A DNA stretch of 64,000 bases from Candidatus Omnitrophota bacterium (GCA_030649895.1 JAUSEX010000031.1:2620-66619); one strand, 5' to 3'; numbered from the stretch's first letter, positions 10,402 to 19,858 are shown. Numbers and translations are program-made. The notes: a model not told the origin generated them from the letters alone.

Positions 10402-10429
10402 TTGACTTCTATTATTTATAATGTATAAT
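10402..10429 (+). promoter_or_regulatory. sigma-70-like promoter (TTGACT-16-TATAAT) for the first pilin gene
   Basis: TTGACT at 10402-10407, TATAAT at 10424-10429. A G-rich RBS (aaggggggaaaATG) follows. Confidence 0.45.
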
Positions 10430-10484
10430 TAAATAATAGAAAATGTAGCCTGATCGGGGCGAATATACAAAAAAAGGGGGGAAA

Positions 10485-10850
10485 ATGAATAAAAAAGGTT
10501 TTACGCTTGTAGAAGTGCTGATAGTTGTCATAATTATAGGTATCCTTTCTGCTATAGGTATACCTCAATTTGCGGCATCTATTGAAAAAGCAAAAGGCGG
10601 AGAAGCAAGGGCAGGCCTAGGCCACATTCAGACAGGTGAAAAAGTATATTTTGCTGAAAGCGAATATTATACAACCGTTTTAAGTGACCTTGATATAACT
10701 TTAAGTCAGCAATACTGGACTTTTACTATAGCTACGCTTAGTTCTACAACCTATACGGCAACTGCTACAAGGTCGGGCGGAACACATACCGGCGAGACTT
10801 TGACTATGGATCAGGCTGGAACAATTTCCGGAGACTGGGAATATAGATAG
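10485..10850 (+). CDS. pilA: type IV pilin (prepilin with N-terminal methylation motif)
   Basis: 121 aa. MNKKGFTLVEVLIVVIIIGIL is a class III signal peptide with G-F cleavage site and Glu5. No cysteines. Confidence 0.8.
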   Translation: MNKKGFTLVEVLIVVIIIGILSAIGIPQFAASIEKAKGGEARAGLGHIQTGEKVYFAESEYYTTVLSDLDITLSQQYWTFTIATLSSTTYTATATRSGGTHTGETLTMDQAGTISGDWEYR

Positions 10851-10916
10851 TTAGATCTTCTTTGTAGTATAATATTGCTTTAGGGCGACTACATAAATTA
10901 AAAAAGGAGAGCAAAG

Positions 10917-11342
10917 ATGCATAAAAAAGGGTTTACTCTTCTAGAGGTGCTTATAGTTGTTATAATTATAGGCATTCTTGCTGCTATAGCATTGCCGCAA
11001 TATACGGCAACTATAGAAAAAAGCAGGTCTGCTGAAGCAGCTTCAAATATTGGAGCTCTTAGGACAGCTGTAGATAGGTATTGGTATCAAAACAATGCTT
11101 CTGATCCTACGAATACTGACTTGGATAAGTTAGATATAGATAACCCGAATAACGTTATCGGTAAACTATACACTTATTCAATCTCATCCAATACCAGCAC
11201 TGCTTCTACAAGAACGTATACTATACTTGCTACACGCACTTCTTCTGGTGGAACTACCTATACAGTTCAATGGGTGCAGACAAATAATAATACAGGCAAC
11301 CTTTACAGAAGCGCTAATCTTGGCGGTCCTGTGGCGCCCTGA
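10917..11342 (+). CDS. type IV pilin paralog
   Basis: 141 aa. MHKKGFTLLEVLIVVIIIGILAAIALPQY. Own RBS aaaaggagagc. Confidence 0.8.
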   Translation: MHKKGFTLLEVLIVVIIIGILAAIALPQYTATIEKSRSAEAASNIGALRTAVDRYWYQNNASDPTNTDLDKLDIDNPNNVIGKLYTYSISSNTSTASTRTYTILATRTSSGGTTYTVQWVQTNNNTGNLYRSANLGGPVAP

Positions 11343-11374
11343 TACTATGTTGCGGCAGGCAATGTTTCATATGT

Positions 11375-11429
11375 AAAAAAAGGCTCTATGTTTTTGGAGT
11401 TTTTGATTGTCGTTATAATTAACGGGTAA
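11375..11429 (+). pseudogene. pilin gene remnant (N-terminal fragment KKGSMFLEFLIVVIING-stop)
   Basis: Translates to a degenerate copy of the pilin N-terminal methylation/hydrophobic motif followed by a stop. Lies in the intergenic gap between pilin 2 and pilin 3. Confidence 0.4.
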
Positions 11430-11573
11430 TAATTTTACATTGCTTGATACAGATAGCCCAAATGGTATAGTAAACAAAGTTTAAGTATTTTTTTCGGATA
11501 ACGAATATTAAGCGCTCAAAGAAAATATAGTTTTACAGCAACGCGGATAGGGAGTGCCGGTACGAGAAAATAT

Positions 11574-11990
11574 ATGTTATCCAAAAAACGTAAAGTTGCT
11601 TTTACTCTTACAGAAATATTGATAGTTGTTATTATTATTGGAATACTTGCCACGCTTGCCCTTCCTATGCTTGTCAAAACGCTTGAAAAGGCAAAGGTAG
11701 GAGAGGCGATGAGCAATTTGAATCTTATCAGGACAGGCCAGAAGATATATTTTTTAGAATGCAACCAATTTGCCCCAAGTATAGATAATTTGAATATAGA
11801 AAACCCAAATGATGCCTCGTCCCGTTATTTTTATTACGATCTAGACGCTACGGTACCTGTAGGAACTGATTTTAAGGCTAAGGCAACAAGAGGCGGAAGC
11901 GGGGCTACAGGTGCGTCTGAGCCTTATCAAGATGACGAATATTATATCCAAAAAGACGGCACTATTCACGGAAGATTTGCAAGTCCCTAA
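11574..11990 (+). CDS. type IV pilin / pseudopilin paralog
   Basis: 138 aa. KVAFTLTEILIVVIIIGILATLALP has Ala instead of Gly at the -1 cleavage position. Confidence 0.7.
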   Translation: MLSKKRKVAFTLTEILIVVIIIGILATLALPMLVKTLEKAKVGEAMSNLNLIRTGQKIYFLECNQFAPSIDNLNIENPNDASSRYFYYDLDATVPVGTDFKAKATRGGSGATGASEPYQDDEYYIQKDGTIHGRFASP

Positions 11991-11992
11991 AA

Positions 11993-12412
11993 ATGGCATT
12001 ATTCTCAGAAGAGTTACCCTCCTATCCTGAAATCACAAAGATATTGAGTAAGAGAGGCTTTACTCTAACAGAAGTGATTGTTTCTACGCTTGTTTTAGCA
12101 ATGCTCGCTGCGGGTGTAGCTAGCGCGTTTTGGGGCGCGCAACACTTGCTTAATCGCACAAGACATAGGACACAGGCATATAATTTTGCAGTAGAGGCCA
12201 TAGATAGATTGAGGAGTAATTATCAATATTCCTCGGATCCGGCTATGAATATAAGCAATGATCATGACCAGTCAGAGATAGATTCAGAGGGGATATTAAA
12301 AGGAGAGATTGCTGATCTTGGCGGGACGCTTAAATATGATATTGCAGAACTTCAGTCTAACGGGTATAAGCAGGTTAATATTAAGGTGCATTGGGATGAG
12401 CCGGCTTTTTAA
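11993..12412 (+). CDS. minor pilin-like protein (long leader, PilV/FimT-like)
   Basis: 139 aa. KRGFTLTEVIVSTLVLAMLAAGV sits after a ~21-aa leader. Confidence 0.55.
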   Translation: MALFSEELPSYPEITKILSKRGFTLTEVIVSTLVLAMLAAGVASAFWGAQHLLNRTRHRTQAYNFAVEAIDRLRSNYQYSSDPAMNISNDHDQSEIDSEGILKGEIADLGGTLKYDIAELQSNGYKQVNIKVHWDEPAF

Positions 12413-12929
12413 AAAGAAATCAGGTCTGACAATAGTGGAGCTGATGATGGCCACGCTCCTTATGAGCATGGTGTTTTTAGCGGTATCCAGTATTTATGTC
12501 GCAAGCCAGAGATTTTATCTTACTTCAAGCAATAAGGTCATCATAAGTAATGAGGTGCAGTATGCGATACAACATATATATAAATATACTATGATGGCTA
12601 TGGGAGATAAAAATACAGCCTCTTTTCAAATAACCGGCGCAACCCAGCTTGACATCAGCATAAATGATAGCAATCCTCTTACAAGCGCTAATTATAGCAG
12701 CGGAGTGGAAAATTATAGATACCGCTATGACGCTGTAACTAAAAAGATATTTTTTCAAGTTGGTTCCGGAGGAGAAGAAGATCTGATCCCGAAGGTGAAT
12801 GTTACCGAGGTTAATTTTACAAAAACAGAAAATACTCTGACAGGTTATATAAAAGCTTATTACACAGATCCTACTCAGATCCTTACTTTTTATTTTGGCT
12901 GTTATCCCCGCCTGGCAAGCTTCAATTGA
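12396..12929 (+). CDS. minor pilin-like protein (PilW-like)
   Basis: Start re-assigned to the ATG at 12396 (MSRLFKKKSGLTIVELMMATLL). The track ORF begins at 12309 inside the previous gene. 17-nt overlap with the upstream gene. Confidence 0.5.
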   Translation: MSRLFKKKSGLTIVELMMATLLMSMVFLAVSSIYVASQRFYLTSSNKVIISNEVQYAIQHIYKYTMMAMGDKNTASFQITGATQLDISINDSNPLTSANYSSGVENYRYRYDAVTKKIFFQVGSGGEEDLIPKVNVTEVNFTKTENTLTGYIKAYYTDPTQILTFYFGCYPRLASFN

Positions 12930-13125
12930 TGGTCTCTGCGCAGTATTTTACATTGTAAGCTAGCCTGTTTTTTTGGTCGGCCATTTGACACTGAAAAATT
13001 TTTCCGTCTACCATGATTTACAGCTTGTTTCGTTTTATTATATAGAAATATTTCAAATGTGCCTAAGACCTTGGCTTGTAGGCAGGCAATAAGATAAAGT
13101 TATTTCCAATGCAGCTTAAAAATGG

Positions 13126-13131
13126 TATAAT
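13126..13131 (+). promoter_or_regulatory. possible -10 box (TATAAT) of the tRNA-Ala cassette promoter
   Basis: ggTATAATt at 13124-13132. A weak -35 (ttccaa, 13104-13109) sits 16 nt upstream. Confidence 0.3.
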
Positions 13132-13232
13132 TAATACTTTAGAATATTATAAGGTCTTTCAGCGCCTACAATGTTTCTGTTCGTCATATTGTTTAGCGGT
13201 ACTTCAAGATCAAATTTTGCTTCGCAAAATTT

Positions 13233-13308
13233 GGGCCTGTAGCTCAGCTGGGAGAGCGCTTCGTTCGCAACGAAGAGGTCAGCGGTTCGATCCCGCTCAG
13301 GTCCACCA
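13233..13308 (+). tRNA. tRNA-Ala (anticodon CGC)
   Basis: Cloverleaf by eye: 7-bp acceptor with the G3:U70 Ala identity pair, D-arm GCTCAGCTGGGAGAGC, anticodon loop TTCGCAA, T-arm AGCGGTTCGATCCCGCT, encoded CCA. The track ORF 13109-13573 across it is spurious. Confidence 0.85.
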
Positions 13309-13524
13309 ATTCTGCGTCGAAGGCAGAATTAATCTTGAGCAAGTCAAAAATTCTACAAATAGGAGAATTTTTGACGAAGCGAAAGACCTTTGCGGATCTA
13401 TGAAAGGTCCTTCAGTAGCTAAAATGCGCGCTTTGCTCGCATTTTTGACGTTGCTTCAGAATAGAATTTGCTTTGCGAATTCTATTCTATCTCGCTCATG
13501 TTCACCAAAGCATAAGGAGATTTC

Positions 13525-14250
13525 ATGCGCTTTTACGTTCCCCCTGGCTCAATATTCCCGTCAAAAAAATTAATACAGATAAAAGATAAGACAGAAGTTC
13601 ATCATATTCGCGATGTCATGCGCCTTAAAAAATGGGATATTGTGGATATCTTTGATGGCGAAGGCAAGGAATTCTCATGTTTTATTGAAGAGGTGAAAAA
13701 AGAAGAAGTTATTATAAAAATCAAAGAAGAACTAACCCCTAAATCTGATACGCCCTTTAATGTCACTTTGTATCAGGCTGTTCCTAAAAAAACCAAAATG
13801 GATTTTATAGTGGAAAAGACTGTAGAATTAGGCGTGGGTCGGATAGTCCCCTTAATAACTGACAGGACAGTGCCTGATATGAAGGATTTTACTAAAAAAG
13901 TGGAAAGATGGAAAAGGATAGCTATGGCCAGCTCTAAGCAATGTGGCAGGCGTATTCTGCCTGTCATTTCAGATGTTACGGATTTTAAAAGCGCCTTAAT
14001 GGATTCAAAACAAAAAGATTTAGCAATTTTTGCCAGTCTGGATAAAGAAACTAAGTCTTTAAAGAATATATTAAGAGGAATAGCGCAGAAAAATATAGCG
14101 GTATTTATAGGTCCTGAAGGGGATTTTAGCCCAAGAGAGGTATCTATGGCTAAGGAAAGCGGATGTGATCTGTGTTCGCTGGGCAGACTTGTCCTTAAAT
14201 CAGAGACAGCGGCTATCTATATATTGTCATGCTTATCATATGAAGCGTAA
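13525..14250 (+). CDS. rsmE: 16S rRNA (uracil1498-N3)-methyltransferase RsmE
   Basis: 241 aa. N-terminal MRFYVP...HHIRDVMRLKKWDIVDIFDGEG PUA-like region plus C-terminal SPOUT domain. Confidence 0.8.
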   Translation: MRFYVPPGSIFPSKKLIQIKDKTEVHHIRDVMRLKKWDIVDIFDGEGKEFSCFIEEVKKEEVIIKIKEELTPKSDTPFNVTLYQAVPKKTKMDFIVEKTVELGVGRIVPLITDRTVPDMKDFTKKVERWKRIAMASSKQCGRRILPVISDVTDFKSALMDSKQKDLAIFASLDKETKSLKNILRGIAQKNIAVFIGPEGDFSPREVSMAKESGCDLCSLGRLVLKSETAAIYILSCLSYEA

Positions 14251-15940
14251 TAAAATAGTTACGGTGCTAAATAGAGATTGGATTATATTCTTTATTTTTT
14301 TAGCGGCCATTTCAATAAGAGTTCTTTATGTCTTCCAGATTTTACAGTTCCCGCTTACGGAATATTTTATTAAATCATATACTTTTGATCAGTATACTTA
14401 TAATACCAGCGCAATAAAAATCATGTCAGAAGGATGGATAGGCTCGCAGGTTTTTGCCAAAGAGCCACTTTATCCGTATTTTCTGGCGATTATATATAAA
14501 ATATTCGGATATAGCCATATTCCTGTATATATAATTCAAACAATCTTTACGTCGTTAGGCGCGCTGTTTTTATGCAGAATAGCGACTATTCTTTTTAATA
14601 AGCTGACGGGCTATATAACGGCGTTTATTTTCGCGTTCTATTCACTATCCATTTATTACGATGCGCTCCTTTTAAGAGAAAGCTTTATTGCATCATTAGG
14701 TATTTTCTTATTGTACATAATATTGAAAGCAGAAATTAAGAATAAGGCTGGTCCCTGGTTTTTAGCAGGCATAACGCTAGGCTTTCTGATGATAACGAGG
14801 CATAATATGTTATTTCCGTTTATATTGATTTATATATTTACGGCGAAGAAACCTTTTAGTCGGGCATTCAGATTCGCTTTGATATTTACCGCGGGTTTTT
14901 TTATAATAATCATGCCTGTATTAATAAGAAATTATGCTGTTTCCGGAGGTGAATATATAGGGATCTCAAAAGAGGTTAATGCATTTTGGGTAGGCAATAA
15001 TCCAACTGCGTCAGGCGTAGATGTGGATTGGTCTAAGGAGTATGAATACCTTAATAGTAAAGCAGGAGGAAATACGCTCAAAACAGCTGTTGTTTTTTTT
15101 GAAGAGATAAAAAAGAGACCGGATGCGTACATCAGGCTGTATCTCAGGAAGGCATGGATGTTCTTTAACGGATACGAAGCGCCTTCTAACACGAATTATT
15201 ATATTTACAGGGAAGAGTTTCCCACTGCATTGCGATGGCCGCTATTTAGTTTTCAATTTGTCTGCGCTCTTGGCATACTAGGCGTATTCTTGAGTCTATT
15301 TATGAAGCCTGCCAGGCCTTATATAGCATATATTTTTTTCTTAGTCCTTAGTGTCTCAGTCATATTATTCCATATTCAAGACAGGTTTAGACTGGTGGTC
15401 GTTCCATTTTTCATCATATTTGCCTCGTATTCAATTTATATTATCATACAGGGCATTAGAAACAGCGCATACCTGAAACCGGCTATTGGTATAATAATCT
15501 CGGTATTTCTATATATTCTCATAAGACCTGACCTTACATACGGAGGCTTCAGAACAGGGCAGAGTAAAATCAGGCCTAATGACAGGACCAATCTCGCGCT
15601 ATCCTATGTAAACGCTTATGAGAAAGAAAAGAGCAGCAATTTATTGAAACTTGCTTTCAGGCAGTGCAACCTGGCGCTAAAGGAAGCAAATAGTTTTTAT
15701 GTGCCATACCTCATAAAAGGCCGGGTATATTTTTTAGAAGGCAGATTAATAAGTTCAATAAATGAGTATAAAAAAGCCGTTATATACAATAATCGCAATC
15801 CATTTTTATATAATGAACTGGCAGGCGTCTATTATGCCAGAGGCGCTTATTGGAAATCTTTTTTATGCATAAAACGTGCATTACATCTTTATCCTGGGAA
15901 TAAAGGTTTTGAAAAAAATTTATCTCTAATACATTTATGA
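14240..15940 (+). CDS. GT-C membrane glycosyltransferase (GT39/ArnT/PMT_2-like) with C-terminal TPR repeats
   Basis: Start moved to the ATG at 14240 (MKRNKIVTV). The track ORF 14165 overlaps rsmE. About 11 TM helices with an EPLYPY loop motif and a TPR-like C-terminus. Confidence 0.65.
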   Translation: MKRNKIVTVLNRDWIIFFIFLAAISIRVLYVFQILQFPLTEYFIKSYTFDQYTYNTSAIKIMSEGWIGSQVFAKEPLYPYFLAIIYKIFGYSHIPVYIIQTIFTSLGALFLCRIATILFNKLTGYITAFIFAFYSLSIYYDALLLRESFIASLGIFLLYIILKAEIKNKAGPWFLAGITLGFLMITRHNMLFPFILIYIFTAKKPFSRAFRFALIFTAGFFIIIMPVLIRNYAVSGGEYIGISKEVNAFWVGNNPTASGVDVDWSKEYEYLNSKAGGNTLKTAVVFFEEIKKRPDAYIRLYLRKAWMFFNGYEAPSNTNYYIYREEFPTALRWPLFSFQFVCALGILGVFLSLFMKPARPYIAYIFFLVLSVSVILFHIQDRFRLVVVPFFIIFASYSIYIIIQGIRNSAYLKPAIGIIISVFLYILIRPDLTYGGFRTGQSKIRPNDRTNLALSYVNAYEKEKSSNLLKLAFRQCNLALKEANSFYVPYLIKGRVYFLEGRLISSINEYKKAVIYNNRNPFLYNELAGVYYARGAYWKSFLCIKRALHLYPGNKGFEKNLSLIHL

Positions 15941-17982
15941 AGATTATCGCTAGAACTCATATATTATTTATAGCGCTTATTATAGTAATAGTATTTTCTA
16001 GCTCCCTGAAGAATAATTTTGCGTGGGATGATAAGTTTTTGATAGTGAATAACCCTAATATAAAAGATTTAGCCTGCATACCAAAGATATTTAATAATCA
16101 ATTATATGAAGGCGACGGGATGCATAGTAATTTCTACAGGCCTATCCAGCTTCTTTCTTTCATGGCAGATTATCGTATATGGAAACTTAATCCATTTGGA
16201 TACCATCTTACAAGTTTATTGCTGCATATATTCAATTCAGCGTTGGTATATCTTATTGTATTTGCTATCAGTTTATCCCCATATATGGCTTTCATCACAG
16301 GTTCTTTGTTTGGAATCGCTCCTGCTATATCAGGCATTGTATTTTATATACCAGCAAGGTCTGATTTATTAATGGCTTTATTTTTATTTCTATCTGTGTG
16401 GTTTCTTATCAAATATAGACAGAAAGGTAAAGGCATGCTATATGTGTTATCCATCGTTTCATTCGTACTGTCGCTTTTATGCAAAGAAATGGCAATGATG
16501 TTGCCGTTGTTATTATTGTTAATAGAATTAAGCGCAGGTAGTGGTAACGATCGCCCCATGCCACGCTTTAAATATCTAGTGCCTTACCTGGCAATAGTAC
16601 TAACATATGCCTTACTCAGGGTCACTATATTTAATTTTGCAAAAGGGACTAACTTTATCATAGACTTAAGTTTTTCTGCTACTTTACCGTTATGGGTACG
16701 CCTTTTAACGGATTTTAAGATAATATTTTTATATATGAAGATATTAATATTGCCTTTTGGGCTGCATATGGAATGGTTTATAGAGCCTGTTAGAAATGTA
16801 TTTCATTCAGGCATATTGCCATACATAGCCGGGTTTATTCTTGTGATATTAGGCCTTAAAAAAATAGCCAGTAAAAATAAACTTGTTCTATTTGGTAGTT
16901 TGTGGTTTTTATTCGCATTATTGCCTGTTCTGAATATATATCCCATATCGGTACTTTTTGGAGAGGGCTGGCTTTATGTGCCATCAGTAGGCTTTTTTAT
17001 TGTTTTCAGCGCCATTTTTCAGGATATTATAAGGCTCAAGCTGGGAAAAATATTCAGTGGAATCTTAGTTGCGTTGTTCTTAGTTTATTATGCATTTTTT
17101 ACTATTTTTTACGGATCAGTATGGAAAGATTCCGTGAGCGTGTTTAGCAACGTATTGAAATACGAAAAAAATAGCCCTTTTATTTATCTTACCTATAACA
17201 ATCTAGGAATGGCATATTATGATAAAGGGGATTTTACAAGGTCTATCGAATATTGCAAGAAAAGCATATCTTTAAACCCGAAATATTTTGAAGCTTATAA
17301 TAACTTAGGCGTTGCTTATGTCGCTACAGGTAAAACCGTAAGAGCCATGGAATCTTTTAAAAAGGCTATTAGATTAAAAAAGGATTTTGTATCCAGTTAT
17401 TGTAATCTGGGCCATTTGTATGCTTTTATAGGTTTTGAAGATAAAGCTGTGGAGATTTTAAACGCAGCAATAAAGATAGACCCAAATTCTTACAGGGCAT
17501 ATTGCAATCTAGGGTATGTGTATACGGAGAAAGGCGACATGACTAAAGCAGAAGAGTTCTTTAAAAAAGCCAGCCAGCTAAGAGAAGGAGATTATGAGCT
17601 GCATTACTGTTTGGGCACCGTGTATATAAAAAATAAAAATTATAAGAAAGCCCTAGATGAATATAAAAAGGCATTGGGGCTTAGATTATGCGATTTTGAG
17701 ATTTATAATAAATTAGGTTTTGCTTATATAAAGAACGGCAGATTTAAAGAGGCCGAGGCCGCGTTCAGGCATTCATTGGCATTGAATAAAGAACAGAGTG
17801 AGCCGTATAATAATTTAGGTAATCTTTATGCTGTGTTTGGCTATTTTGGTTTAGCTATTCATGAGTATAGGGAGGCTTTAAAAGTGGGATCGGTAGATAA
17901 GAAAATAGTCGATAATATTAATAAAGCAAAATCCGGATGGAAGCGAGCGTTAACGAAGCATAAAGCGAAGAGTATAAAATAA
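15937..17982 (+). CDS. TMTC-like (DUF1736) GT-C O-mannosyltransferase-like membrane protein with TPR repeats
   Basis: 681 aa. N-terminal FAWDDKFLIVNNP...YRPIQLLSF motif characteristic of the DUF1736/TMTC family, multiple TM helices, and at least 7 C-terminal TPR repeats. Confidence 0.6.
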   Translation: MKIIARTHILFIALIIVIVFSSSLKNNFAWDDKFLIVNNPNIKDLACIPKIFNNQLYEGDGMHSNFYRPIQLLSFMADYRIWKLNPFGYHLTSLLLHIFNSALVYLIVFAISLSPYMAFITGSLFGIAPAISGIVFYIPARSDLLMALFLFLSVWFLIKYRQKGKGMLYVLSIVSFVLSLLCKEMAMMLPLLLLLIELSAGSGNDRPMPRFKYLVPYLAIVLTYALLRVTIFNFAKGTNFIIDLSFSATLPLWVRLLTDFKIIFLYMKILILPFGLHMEWFIEPVRNVFHSGILPYIAGFILVILGLKKIASKNKLVLFGSLWFLFALLPVLNIYPISVLFGEGWLYVPSVGFFIVFSAIFQDIIRLKLGKIFSGILVALFLVYYAFFTIFYGSVWKDSVSVFSNVLKYEKNSPFIYLTYNNLGMAYYDKGDFTRSIEYCKKSISLNPKYFEAYNNLGVAYVATGKTVRAMESFKKAIRLKKDFVSSYCNLGHLYAFIGFEDKAVEILNAAIKIDPNSYRAYCNLGYVYTEKGDMTKAEEFFKKASQLREGDYELHYCLGTVYIKNKNYKKALDEYKKALGLRLCDFEIYNKLGFAYIKNGRFKEAEAAFRHSLALNKEQSEPYNNLGNLYAVFGYFGLAIHEYREALKVGSVDKKIVDNINKAKSGWKRALTKHKAKSIK

Positions 17983-17986
17983 AGGC

Positions 17987-18958
17987 TTGAAAATGGAAAA
18001 ACCTTTTGTTTCGGTTGTAATACCAACTTTTAATTCTGCGTCAACGCTTAGCCTGACAATTAAGGCATGCCTAGATCAGGATTATCCTAAAGATAGATTT
18101 GAGATAATAGTCATAGACGATGGCTCATGCGATAATACGAAAGATGTTGTAGCGGAGTTTAGGATAAAGTATCTATATCAGAAGAAAAGTGGGCCTGCTT
18201 TAGCCAGGAATAATGGCTGGAGGAATTCAAAAGGCGACGCAATATGTTTTACTGATGCGGATTGTATACCTGACGGAGACTGGGTTTCAAAATTAGCCCA
18301 GCATTATAATATGAATGACGTAGGGGCCGTGGCAGGTAGTTATAGCGTGCATGGCTCACCTTATCTGCTGGATAAATTTGTTCATTATGAGATACAGGAT
18401 AGGCATTCAAGGATGCCTGAACATATAAGTTCTTTTGGCACTTATAATGTAATGATTAAAAGGGTTGTTCTTGAGGTTACGGGCGGATTTAATCCCGAGT
18501 ATTATAATGCAAGCGGAGAAGATACCGACCTTTCCTATAGGATAACAGGAGCAGGCTATAGGATATATTTTGCAAAGGATGCCTTTGTGAGCCATAAAAA
18601 CATATTAAGGCTCTGGAAGTATCTTTTTGTTCAGTTCAGGCATAGTTACTGGAGGATGAAACTTTACAGGGGAAATGCCCATATGATAGTTAAAGATAGA
18701 TATGGTTATTGGAAAGATTTTCTGGAAGCGTTACTGGTAATGACATTGATTAGTTCTTTGTTTTTTAATTTTGGTTATAGGGCCATGTTAATAGCTGCGC
18801 TTTTTTTGATTCAATTACCAGTAGTTTTTAAGATTTTTTTTCAAGGCAAGAGTATTTTGTATCTAAGTTTTTCGCTAGTTACTTTTATCCGCGCTTTTAT
18901 TCGCATTGTAGGAGGCATATTTGGGTTTATCAAGTTCTGGATTTTCCGCATGGGATGA
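17987..18958 (+). CDS. family 2 glycosyltransferase
   Basis: 323 aa. VVIPTFNSASTLSLTIKACLDQDY...IIVIDDGSCDNT (GT-A DxD context), DAD motif, C-terminal TM helices. Confidence 0.8.
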   Translation: MKMEKPFVSVVIPTFNSASTLSLTIKACLDQDYPKDRFEIIVIDDGSCDNTKDVVAEFRIKYLYQKKSGPALARNNGWRNSKGDAICFTDADCIPDGDWVSKLAQHYNMNDVGAVAGSYSVHGSPYLLDKFVHYEIQDRHSRMPEHISSFGTYNVMIKRVVLEVTGGFNPEYYNASGEDTDLSYRITGAGYRIYFAKDAFVSHKNILRLWKYLFVQFRHSYWRMKLYRGNAHMIVKDRYGYWKDFLEALLVMTLISSLFFNFGYRAMLIAALFLIQLPVVFKIFFQGKSILYLSFSLVTFIRAFIRIVGGIFGFIKFWIFRMG

Positions 18959-19571
18959 TTTCTGGAGAGCACGTGGAGCAGAAAAAGCTGTGTCATGGTC
19001 TAAAAAGCGCATAACAGGCATAGTTTCTCGCTATCTGAGGCCTGGTATGGATATATTGGACGCAGGGTGCGGCGCAGGATTTTTCTCCTCTTATTTTATA
19101 TCCCGCGACTGCAATGTCCATTCCCTGGACTATTCTGAGAAGGCTCTTAGTATTGCGAAGAACGCCACTGATAATAAATCCAGGATGTATATAAACGCTG
19201 ATATTCTTAAAACTGGCGCATTGGCAATGCTTGATATAAAATTTGATATAATATTTACTGATGGGCTGCTGGAGCATTATTCAATAGAAAATCAGGATGC
19301 GATTATACGCAATATGAAAAGCGTAAAAAAAGAGCAGGGCTATATTATAGATTTTGCGCCGAACAGGATTTCTCTTTGGAATATTATAAGGCCTTTTGTA
19401 ATGAATATAGAAGAGAGGCCTTTTACGATGAGCGAGTTTGTAAGCTTACATAAGAGGAATGGTTTGAGCGTTGTTGCTTCAGGAGGCATAAATGTGTTGC
19501 CGCTCAGGATTTCGCCGGAAAGATTGTTAGGCAGTTATTTTGGAATGCTATTTTATTGCATAGCGGCGTAA
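18921..19571 (+). CDS. class I SAM-dependent methyltransferase
   Basis: 216 aa. Motif I ILDAGCGAGFFS. Overlaps the GT2 gene by 38 nt, so the true start may be downstream. Confidence 0.65.
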   Translation: MGLSSSGFSAWDDFWRARGAEKAVSWSKKRITGIVSRYLRPGMDILDAGCGAGFFSSYFISRDCNVHSLDYSEKALSIAKNATDNKSRMYINADILKTGALAMLDIKFDIIFTDGLLEHYSIENQDAIIRNMKSVKKEQGYIIDFAPNRISLWNIIRPFVMNIEERPFTMSEFVSLHKRNGLSVVASGGINVLPLRISPERLLGSYFGMLFYCIAA

Positions 19572-19802
19572 TATTAATTTTTCTTCGGATCCGGCAGGCT
19601 GTTTGGCACTGAAAAGTTTCGTCGTCCACTACAGTTTACAGTTCGCAAATTTGGAGGAATTCCCTTGCCAAATACATGAACAATAAGTATGTGGAAAAGC
19701 AGACTCAGTCAGTTTCGCCATTTGCTCGTTGTAATCCCTTGCGGACTTTTGCCGAAACTTTTTTTGATGTGCCTCAGGCCCCAGCCCGAAGACAGGGCGA
19801 GC

Positions 19803-19858
19803 GGCCCTTCGACAGACTCAAGGTTTTTAGTCCCGAGTGAAGCCGAGAGGGCATTTTT
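19803..19858 (+). terminator. GC-rich stem followed by TTTTTT in the 5' leader of the B12-radical SAM gene (candidate attenuator/expression platform)
   Basis: ggcccttcg...cgagagggc stem, then attttttcg at 19853-19861. Sits ~45 nt upstream of the 19904 start. Confidence 0.35.

Noticed and set aside
12930-13110. B12-box-like AAGACCTTGGC motif upstream of tRNA-Ala as a second cobalamin riboswitch
   Set aside because: The downstream gene is a tRNA, which makes a cobalamin riboswitch implausible. The similarity is short and is more likely part of the shared intergenic repeat.
13109-13573. 154-aa plus-strand ORF
   Set aside because: It runs straight through tRNA-Ala and its hairpin-rich trailer. 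Its translation is low-complexity.
16106-16372. 88-aa ORF in an alternative + frame
   Set aside because: It is embedded inside the TMTC-like gene, and its composition is driven by the host gene codon usage.
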